Shown: piece after piece, positions 57,107 to 64,000 of the stretch
Position numbering within the stretch: the stretch's first letter is position 1
How the letters are laid out: each line of letters begins with the position of its first letter
From: Longimicrobiales bacterium
Lineage (GTDB): Bacteria; Gemmatimonadota; Gemmatimonadetes; Longimicrobiales; Gaopeijiaceae
Length of the DNA stretch: 64,000 nucleotides
Assembly (NCBI GenBank): GCA_965238005.1
Contig: OZ250165.1
Span: forward strand, 64,001-128,000
Reading direction: 5' to 3'
Position numbers and translations under genes: made by a program
The notes under the pieces: model-generated
What the model was told of the DNA's origin: nothing
Databases searched by the model: none
The model's input: only the letters and a program-made list of their open reading frames with translations

Positions 57107-60100
57107 TCAGTCCGGTGCCCCGGCGACGATGGGACCACCCGCAGTGTCGACTTCCACTTCTCGGTTGAGAGCGATGACCGCGGCAAGGTCATCGATCTGG
57201 ACGTTCGACGCCGCGTCATAGCCTTCCACGTCACCTTCGGCACTCCCGATAGCCAGCTGGACCGACAGCGTCTCTCCGCAGATAAAATCCCGGTAGTCGT
57301 CGGCCGCGGCCTGGATCTCGTCCGGCCCGAAGATGGCCAGTCGAATCCGGTCGGTGATCTCCAGACCGCCCTCTCTACGCAGGCGCTGAATGCGGTTGAC
57401 AAGCTCTCTGGCCAGTCCCTCCGCACGGAGATCGTCGTCGAGAACGGGATCTAATGCCGCGGTGTAGCCTCCCTCGGAGCGCACCACGAGCTCGCCCTTC
57501 GACTCTTCGGTCACCTCGAGGTCCCCGGCCCCGAGGTGTGTAGTTCGTCCCGCCACCTCGATGGAGACCGGCTCTCCGCTCCGGTACGCTTCCAGAGCGG
57601 CCGGTGGGAGGCTCCGGATCGAAGCGGCCGCGAGCTCGGTGTCCTTCTGGAAGCGAGGGCTGAGGGCCTTGTAGTTGGGCTTCGCGACCAGAGAGACCAA
57701 CCCCTCGGCGGAGGCCAGAAAGTCCACCTCCTTCACATTGAGCTCGTCCCTCAGGAGGCCCAGGATCTCGAGGCGGATCTCCAGGTCACCCGGAACTACG
57801 GCCAAGAGCCTCTGGAGCGGCTGCCGCACGCGGATCTTGACCTCCTCACGAGCCGCCCGGCCCAGGGAGACCATGGCACGGACCGCCTCCATCTCGTCCT
57901 CGAGGGTCCGGTCGCTCCCGTCGACATCCGCATCAGGAAAGGACTCCAGGTGAACGCTCCTTCCCGTGAGCCCATGGTGAATCCAGTCGGCCGCGAACGG
58001 CGTCGCCGGCGCCGCCAGGAGGCAGACCGTGCGGAGCGCCTCCCAGAGCGTCCGGAACGCGGCCCGCGCGTCCGAGTCGTCCGTGTTTCCCCAGAACCGG
58101 GGGCGCGATCGGCGCACGTACCAGTTCGAGAGTTCATGGCTCACGAACTCCCCCAGGGTCCGGTAGGCACGGGTGATCTGGTACGAGTCCAACTCCTCGC
58201 GAACCTCGGCCACCACGGACATCAGGCGTGAGAGAAGCCAGCGGTCCAGGAGGCTGCGGTCACCCGGCACCGGATCGTCGTCCGATGGTGCCCAGTCCTC
58301 GGCGTTGGCGTAGAGGCTGAAGAACCGGTAGGTGTTGAAGAGGGTGTCCAGGAACTTGCGGGAGATCTCCTGGACCGCCACCGGATCGTACCGCTTCGGG
58401 ACCCAGGGGTTGCTGGCCGTGATGAAGTACCAGCGGATGCCGTCGGCCCCATGATCGCCGATGGCGTCCCAAGGATCGACCGTATTCCCCCGGGACTTGG
58501 ACATCTTCTGGCCCTCGGCGTCGAGGATCAGATCGTTGACGATCACGTTCCTGAAGGGAGGCCCCTTCTCCAGCATGGTTGAGATGGCGAGAAGCGAATA
58601 GAACCAGCCCCGGGTCTGGTCGAGCCCTTCACAGATGAAGTCGGCCGGAAAGTGCCGCTCGAACTCGTCTTCGTTCTCGAAGGGGTAGTGCCATTGTGCG
58701 TAGGGCATCGACCCTGAGTCGAACCAGGCGTCGACCACCTCGGGCGCCTTTCGCATGGTGCCGTCACACTGGGCACAGCTCCACGTGAACTCGTCGATGT
58801 ACGGGCGGTGCGGATCGAAGTCCTCGCCCAGAGGACCGGCGCGCTCCTCGAGCTCTATGAAGCTGCCGATCCACTCCAGGTGGTCCTCCTGGGCGTCACA
58901 CACCCAGACCGGAAGCGGAGTGCCCCAGTAGCGATCCCGCGAGAGAGCCCAGTCCACGTTGCCCTTGAGCCACTCTCCCATCCGTCCTTCGCCCACGTCC
59001 GGAGGGAACCAGTTCGCGGCGTCGTTGTTCGCGAGCATCTCGTCCTTGAGCGTGGACGTTGCGGCGAACCAGGAGTTCCTGGCGATGTAGAGGAGGGGCG
59101 ACTCACACCTCCAGCAGTGTGGGTACGAGTGAACCTCGGTGTCGCAACGGAACAGGTTCCCTCTCTTGTCGAGGGCCTCCACCAACGCCGGATCGGCGTC
59201 CTTCACGAATACGCCCCCGACGAGCTCCACGTCGGGTAGGAAGCGCCCGGCCTCGTCGATGGGCTTGAGCATGGGCAGGCCGTGGCGCTGTCCCGCCGCA
59301 TAGTCGTCGGACCCGAAGGCCGGGGCCATGTGCACGATGCCCGTCCCGTCCTCCGAGCTGACGAAGTCCTCGTTGACGACGGTCCAGCCGTTTTGCGGGT
59401 CGGCGGGCATGGCCACGACCTCGAGGGGACGCGCGTACCGGCCTCCTGCCAGCTCGGTGCCCTTGTAGCGCCGCACCACATCGGCGCCCTCGCCCATCAC
59501 CGCTTCGAGTCGATTTTCCGCCAACACCAGAATCCGGCCGTCTCGCTTGACCTCCACGTACGTCAGGTTCGGGTGAACGGCGAGTCCCGTGTTCGAGGGG
59601 ACGGTCCACGGGGTGGTGGTCCACACCACGAAGGCTCTCCCCTCGGGATCGGGGTCACCGTCCGGCGTGAGCCACTGACAGAGGAAGTGGAGGGACGGGT
59701 CCTCGATGTCCCGGTAGCCCTGAGCCACCTCGTGGGAGCTGAGCGCGGTGCCGCAACGGGGGCAGTACGGAACGCTCTTGTATCCCTTGTAGAGAAGCCC
59801 ACGATCCGCCAACTGCTTGAGGATCCACCAGACGCTCTCCACGTAGCGCGGATGGAAGGTGACGTAGGGACGCGAGTAATCGAGCCAGTATCCGATGCGC
59901 TCGGACAGGTTCTCCCAATCCTCCTTGTAGGTGAACACCGAGCTCCGGCACGCCTCATTGAACTCCGCGATGCCCAGAGCCTCGATCTCGGGTTTACCAT
60001 TGATTCGCAGCCGCTTTTCGGCCTCGATCTCTATCGGCAGGCCGTGCGTGTCCCAGCCGGCGATTCGGGTGACGCTCCTGCCCTTCATGGTCCGAAACCG

Positions 60101-60304
60101 GCATACCAGGTCCTTGATGGTCCGGCTGATTATGTGGTGGAGGCCGGGCTTTCCGTTGGCCGTGGGCGGCCCCTCGAAGAACACGAACGGCTCGCCGTCC
60201 TTGGTCGCCTCGAGCGTCTGGCGGAAGAGATCCTCCGCCCGCCAACGGCCGAGGGTCTCCTCTTCGAGAGCGAGAAGTGTTTCGGGCATCTCCGGGTAGC
60301 GCAT
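57107..60304 (-). CDS. ileS: Isoleucine-tRNA ligase (type 2 architecture)
   Basis: EGPPTANG.PGLHH, GWDTHGLP, WTTTPWT, GTGIVH, SRDRYWGTP, EGLDQTRGWF, KMSKS. Confidence 0.97.
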   Translation of the reverse strand: MRYPEMPETLLALEEETLGRWRAEDLFRQTLEATKDGEPFVFFEGPPTANGKPGLHHIISRTIKDLVCRFRTMKGRSVTRIAGWDTHGLPIEIEAEKRLRINGKPEIEALGIAEFNEACRSSVFTYKEDWENLSERIGYWLDYSRPYVTFHPRYVESVWWILKQLADRGLLYKGYKSVPYCPRCGTALSSHEVAQGYRDIEDPSLHFLCQWLTPDGDPDPEGRAFVVWTTTPWTVPSNTGLAVHPNLTYVEVKRDGRILVLAENRLEAVMGEGADVVRRYKGTELAGGRYARPLEVVAMPADPQNGWTVVNEDFVSSEDGTGIVHMAPAFGSDDYAAGQRHGLPMLKPIDEAGRFLPDVELVGGVFVKDADPALVEALDKRGNLFRCDTEVHSYPHCWRCESPLLYIARNSWFAATSTLKDEMLANNDAANWFPPDVGEGRMGEWLKGNVDWALSRDRYWGTPLPVWVCDAQEDHLEWIGSFIELEERAGPLGEDFDPHRPYIDEFTWSCAQCDGTMRKAPEVVDAWFDSGSMPYAQWHYPFENEDEFERHFPADFICEGLDQTRGWFYSLLAISTMLEKGPPFRNVIVNDLILDAEGQKMSKSRGNTVDPWDAIGDHGADGIRWYFITASNPWVPKRYDPVAVQEISRKFLDTLFNTYRFFSLYANAEDWAPSDDDPVPGDRSLLDRWLLSRLMSVVAEVREELDSYQITRAYRTLGEFVSHELSNWYVRRSRPRFWGNTDDSDARAAFRTLWEALRTVCLLAAPATPFAADWIHHGLTGRSVHLESFPDADVDGSDRTLEDEMEAVRAMVSLGRAAREEVKIRVRQPLQRLLAVVPGDLEIRLEILGLLRDELNVKEVDFLASAEGLVSLVAKPNYKALSPRFQKDTELAAASIRSLPPAALEAYRSGEPVSIEVAGRTTHLGAGDLEVTEESKGELVVRSEGGYTAALDPVLDDDLRAEGLARELVNRIQRLRREGGLEITDRIRLAIFGPDEIQAAADDYRDFICGETLSVQLAIGSAEGDVEGYDAASNVQIDDLAAVIALNREVEVDTAGGPIVAGAPD

Positions 60305-60318
60305 CGACTCGTGCCTAG

Positions 60319-60657
60319 AAGGCTGTTGAAGGAGTACAGCGGGTCGCCACCCGTGCTACCGCACGGGTACCCGGGATGCCACGGCCCCAGATCCTAGGCG
60401 GAGCGACGACGCCATAGCCGTCGCTACGGTTAGGAGCTCCAACAACGGGGGCACCACGCGAAGCGTGGTCGGGGCCGTGCCACCGCAACCCACGAACATG
60501 TAAGTTCATATTGACATTGTGTTGGGCACAGGGCGGTTGCGCGGTTGATCCTGCGTCTCTCCTCCTCGCCGTAGCTCGGCTACGACTCGTCGTCGTTCCC
60601 TGCCTGAACGCGCGCAAGCGCCCTGTGCGCGACCCACTGTACTCCTTCAACAGCCTT
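60319..60657. mobile_element. MITE-like non-autonomous element, 339 bp
   Basis: 29-bp terminal IRs with 1 mismatch (AAGGCTGTTGAAGGAGTACAGYGGGTCGC; 60319-60347, 60629-60657), flanked by CTAG/CTGG; no transposase ORF. Confidence 0.75.
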
Positions 60658-60673
60658 CTGGTCTTCGATGTAT

Positions 60674-61489
60674 TCAGATCCGCGCGATTACGGCCCGGAT
60701 GAGTTTTGTAAGCCTCGGCTCCGCCTCCGTGGCGGTGGCGATGATGGTCTGCACGTCCGCCTCCTCCAGGGCATCGGGGAGGCACTGATCGGTGATGATG
60801 CAGAGTCCCAGCACCTTCATTCCCATGTGTCGGGCGACGATCACTTCCGGCACCGTCGACATTCCCACCACATCGGCTCCTATCCGACGGAGCATGCGAT
60901 ACTCGGCCCGGGTCTCCAGGCTGGGTCCGACCACCGCCACGTATACGGCCCGGCGGAGCTGAATGGCCATCTCCAGGGCCGTCTCTATCGTGAGTCCCTC
61001 CAGCTCCCGATCGTAGGGCTCCGACATGTCGGGGAATCGCGGTCCGAGGGCGTCGATGTTCTCCCCGACCAGCGGATTGTCGCCCAACAGGTTGATGTGG
61101 TCGTCCAGGACGACCAGATCGCCGGGAGCCCACAGCGGGTGCATTCCCCCCACCGCAGCGGAAACGATGAGCGTCTCGGCCCCCAGATTACCCATGACGC
61201 GGATGGGCAGGGTGATGTCGCGGAGGTCGTGGCCCTCGTAGCGGTGAAAGCGCCCCTGCATGGCCACCACCGGCTGTCCCTCCAGGGTCCCGAACAGCAG
61301 ACGGCCGGAGTGGCTCTCCACGGTGGGAATCGGAAAGTGAGGGATGTCCTCGTATGAGATCGCCGTCTCCACCTCGATCTCGTCGGCGATGGCTCCGAGG
61401 CCAGTGCCCAGGACGATCCCGATACGAGGCTCGGCCGACGTGCGATCTCGAATCGCCCGAGTGCTCTCCTGGATGCGATCCCACTCCAT
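60674..61489 (-). CDS. punA: Purine-nucleoside phosphorylase (trimeric type)
   Basis: VLGTGLG, TVESHSG, QGRFHRYEG, GPRFPDM, GPSLET.AE, VGMSTVPE. Confidence 0.93.
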   Translation of the reverse strand: MEWDRIQESTRAIRDRTSAEPRIGIVLGTGLGAIADEIEVETAISYEDIPHFPIPTVESHSGRLLFGTLEGQPVVAMQGRFHRYEGHDLRDITLPIRVMGNLGAETLIVSAAVGGMHPLWAPGDLVVLDDHINLLGDNPLVGENIDALGPRFPDMSEPYDRELEGLTIETALEMAIQLRRAVYVAVVGPSLETRAEYRMLRRIGADVVGMSTVPEVIVARHMGMKVLGLCIITDQCLPDALEEADVQTIIATATEAEPRLTKLIRAVIARI

Positions 61490-61491
61490 CC

Positions 61492-62259
61492 TCAGTCCGT
61501 CTCCTGCTGGTCCCGCTTCAGGACGGACGAGAGCCACAGCGAGTCCTCACCCCCGGAGTCTTCCACGGCCTTCCCCTCCGCCGCCTCGGAAGACTCGATC
61601 TCTTCGGCGCCGGCGAGCTCGTCATCAACCATGTCGACTGTTTCAACAGTGTCGGCATCTTCGTCATCGTCGGAGACGACCGCCTCGGCGGTTTCGGCAG
61701 CAGCGACGGCCTCTGCTGACTCGTCGTCGGCCTCCTCTTCCTCCACGACGGTCCAGCTGCCACGTCCCAGCTCCAGATCGAGGGTGACGTCTTCCAGCGG
61801 AGTCCGGCTGGATTCGACCTCGACTGCGTCCAGCTCTCTCTCGAGCAAGGTGCGGAAGGCCTTGAGGAAGAGGATCCGGTGCCTCTCCAGCTCCTTCAGC
61901 GCCACCCGGCGCTCGTCGAGAAGCCTGTCGGCCGCCTGCAGCGTCTGCTCGATGCGCCCATGGGCCTCCCGCTCCAGAAATTGGGCTTCCCGCTCGGCCT
62001 GCTCCTTCACGTCCTGGCGCAGCTCTTGGGCCGTGACGAGTGCCTCCTGCACCGCGTGCTCCCGGCCTTCCTGAGCGTTGACCTGCTCCCCGAGCCTCTC
62101 GCTACGCTCCCTGAGCTGGAGGTTCTCCTTCACGAGTACCTCCATCCGCTCAGCCACGAGCTCGAGGAAGACGTCCACCTCCTGGGCATCATAGCCGCGG
62201 AGAGCCTTGGCGAAGTCACCTCGCTTCTTCCGTACGTCCAGCGGTGTGAGCTCGATCAT
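61492..62259 (-). CDS. divIVA: DivIVA-domain coiled-coil protein with an acidic tail
   Basis: LTPLDV..F.KALRGYD..EVD.FL, then coiled coil. Confidence 0.85.
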   Translation of the reverse strand: MIELTPLDVRKKRGDFAKALRGYDAQEVDVFLELVAERMEVLVKENLQLRERSERLGEQVNAQEGREHAVQEALVTAQELRQDVKEQAEREAQFLEREAHGRIEQTLQAADRLLDERRVALKELERHRILFLKAFRTLLERELDAVEVESSRTPLEDVTLDLELGRGSWTVVEEEEADDESAEAVAAAETAEAVVSDDDEDADTVETVDMVDDELAGAEEIESSEAAEGKAVEDSGGEDSLWLSSVLKRDQQETD

Positions 62260-62963
62260 GCTGTTCGTCTCCCGAAAAGAGCGGTCCCTAGGCGTATCAT
62301 CGTGCTGCCTTCCTCTATGGCGATCTCGAAGTCGTTGGTCATTCCCATTGAGAGCTCTTCCCCGGCGTATCCGTCCAGCTGCCGGAGCTCTTCATGGAGC
62401 TCGCGAACACCCCGAAACGTGCTCCGCAGCACCCTCTCGTCGTCCGTGAACGGAGCCATCGTCATGAGGCCCCTCACCTCCACTCCCGGTAACGCGAGGA
62501 TGCTTCTCAGGTCGTCTCCGATCCCCTGCCCCGGAAGGCCGCCCTTGGTCTCCTCGCCGGAAGTGTTCACCTGAATCAGCACGGGCTGTCTTTCGCCGGA
62601 TTCCTCCGCCGCGTTGGAGAGGCGCTGGGCCAATCGGAGAGAGTCGATCGAATGGACCAGCTCGGCGACCCCCACGACGCGCGGCGCCTTGCGGCGCTGC
62701 ACATGACCGATCATGTGCCACCGAACCCGCTCGTCTCCGATGGCGGCCGCTTTCTCCGCGAGCTCTTCGATCCTGTTCTCCCCCAGATCGAAGAGGCCGT
62801 GCGCCAGAGCGGCATGAACGGCCTCCAGGCTATGCGCCTTGGTCACTGCCACCAAGGTAACCCCGTCGAGATCCCGTCCACTCCGTTCCGCCGCTCGGAC
62901 GACCCTCTCCCGGATCTCCTCGAGGGAACGTTCGAGCCGTGCCTCGTACATGGGCGTGATCAT
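62256..62963 (-). CDS. yggS: PLP homeostasis protein (YggS family)
   Basis: LVAVTK, GENR, WHMIGH, HSIDS, QVN, GLMTM, LSMGMTND, IRLGTALFG; start may be 62951. Confidence 0.93.
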   Translation of the reverse strand: MITPMYEARLERSLEEIRERVVRAAERSGRDLDGVTLVAVTKAHSLEAVHAALAHGLFDLGENRIEELAEKAAAIGDERVRWHMIGHVQRRKAPRVVGVAELVHSIDSLRLAQRLSNAAEESGERQPVLIQVNTSGEETKGGLPGQGIGDDLRSILALPGVEVRGLMTMAPFTDDERVLRSTFRGVRELHEELRQLDGYAGEELSMGMTNDFEIAIEEGSTMIRLGTALFGRRTA

Positions 62964-62996
62964 TCTATCGTATCGCTTTAGGAGACGGTACCGGTC

Positions 62997-63030
62997 AAAA
63001 AAGGACCCCGCCGGCCACGCCGGCGGGGTC
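62997..63030 (-). terminator. Rho-independent terminator after tonB
   Basis: GACCCCGCCGGC-GTG-GCCGGCGGGGTC followed by CTTTTTT on the minus strand. Confidence 0.85.
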
Positions 63031-63057
63031 GCAATTCGGAACCCTCGAGCCCGGCCG

Positions 63058-63744
63058 CTAAAGGACCTCGAAGGTAATGGGAATTTGGACCCAGACCTTG
63101 ACCACCTTGTCGCGGTTCAGAGCGGGCGTGAACTCGTAGATGCCCGCAACCTCCAGGGCCGCATTGTCGAGCTGCTCGTGACCCGAGCTAGTGGCGATGC
63201 GCTTGTCCAGGACCCGGCCCTCTTCGGAGATGAAGAACCAGACCAAGGTCCGCCCCCCGATACCGGCGTCACGAAGGATCGGTGGATAGGCACGCGTCAT
63301 GGCCCGGATCACCTCACTCCGGTTCTTGATCTCCGGCTTCACAGTCATGGGCGTGAAGACTGGTGCAGCCGCAATGTTGATGGGCCGATCGGTAGGCGGC
63401 GGCGGCAGGTTGTTAACCGGGTTATCCTCGAACGTCGTCGGCGCGATCGTGATGTCCTCGTCGATTTCGGTGGTCGCGATCACGGGCGTCGCCGGGCGTG
63501 CGATCCTCTCGGGCGGAGGCGGAATCTCGATCTCCGGCGGAAGCTCGATGGTCTCGAGCTCGTCACTGCTGAACGACGTGTCGTCGGCCGTGAGCGTGGG
63601 CCAGAACTGGAAGGCCAGGAAGTGGACCACCGTGGCGGCGATCATCGACCCCCAGAACCACGAGCTGAAAGATCGTTTGAATCGATCGTTTTCGGTCTCG
63701 AGCCTGCCGGCCCCAAACCCGGCGGGTACAGCTTGAGCGTTCAT
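63058..63744 (-). CDS. tonB: TonB-family energy transducer
   Basis: N-terminal TM with His, Pro-rich linker, YP..G..G, SSG..LD.AA, FTPA. Confidence 0.88.
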   Translation of the reverse strand: MNAQAVPAGFGAGRLETENDRFKRSFSSWFWGSMIAATVVHFLAFQFWPTLTADDTSFSSDELETIELPPEIEIPPPPERIARPATPVIATTEIDEDITIAPTTFEDNPVNNLPPPPTDRPINIAAAPVFTPMTVKPEIKNRSEVIRAMTRAYPPILRDAGIGGRTLVWFFISEEGRVLDKRIATSSGHEQLDNAALEVAGIYEFTPALNRDKVVKVWVQIPITFEVL

Positions 63745-64000
63745 CGTCTCTCCCTCGTCATGCGCTGCTCGAGTGCCGTGGCGAACACCACTCGGACAAC
63801 TCCCGCGGCGACCAATGCTTTCTGGACCTGGTCAATGGTCAGGTAGGGGACCTCCCGATCTCCTCGAATGGAGATGACCAGGGCTCGGTCCGACGCTACG
63901 TATAGGGGGCCTACCGTAGCAGTAATGTCCTCCATGTCGAACGGACGGTCGTTGATGAAAACGCCTCCGTCCCGTTCAACCCAGATGTTGAGGATGTTCT
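63741..64000 (-). CDS. exbD: ExbD/TolR biopolymer transport protein, C-terminal part
   Basis: VISIRGDREVPY..V..AL..AGV..V.F; directly upstream of tonB; truncated by the window edge. Confidence 0.8.
   Translation of the reverse strand, partial: NILNIWVERDGGVFINDRPFDMEDITATVGPLYVASDRALVISIRGDREVPYLTIDQVQKALVAAGVVRVVFATALEQRMTRERR

Noticed and set aside
60305..60673. T-box riboswitch upstream of ileS
   Set aside because: Only an imperfect GGTGGCACGG match on the minus strand, no recognisable specifier stem, and the region is bounded by IS-like terminal inverted repeats.

Overview
High-GC bacterial chromosomal DNA, probably Gemmatimonadota. This is an inference from a characteristic Ser/Thr-kinase N-terminal signature (RLNAALEGRYAIERELGEGGMATV) and the right-arm gene order. 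The window has three zones. (1) 1-12.5 kb is core-like: partial ECF sigma factor, class V aminotransferase, pabB-pabC fusion, ligA-polX, Ca/Na antiporter, fabI, class III aminotransferase, HAD hydrolase, pterin dehydratase. (2) About 12.7-48.2 kb is a decaying mosaic genomic island. It starts at tRNA-Glu(CTC)/tRNA-Val(CAC), followed by a tyrosine-integrase remnant, and ends at a truncated 5' half of tRNA-Val(TAC). It carries intact catabolic genes (acs-acuI, nitronate monooxygenase, korAB, OsmC/flavoproteins, ceramidase-like lipoprotein, haloalkane dehalogenase), many pseudogenes and gene fragments, an IS1182-like element and several unannotated repeat families. (3) 48.4-64 kb is core-like: aldehyde dehydrogenase and a long minus-strand run exbD-tonB-yggS-divIVA-punA-[MITE]-ileS-rluD-tandem DnaA-like AAA+-DUF4388/TPR-HEXXH peptidase-sigma54 regulator. 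The best candidates for undescribed biology are a 54-bp promoter-like module found three times upstream of unrelated genes, a 26-bp intergenic motif separating small ORFs like cassettes, recurrent kinase-5' and gene-3' scars at island junctions, and the non-initiator tandem DnaA-like/DUF4388-TPR module. All family calls come from motifs read by eye; no database searches were run.
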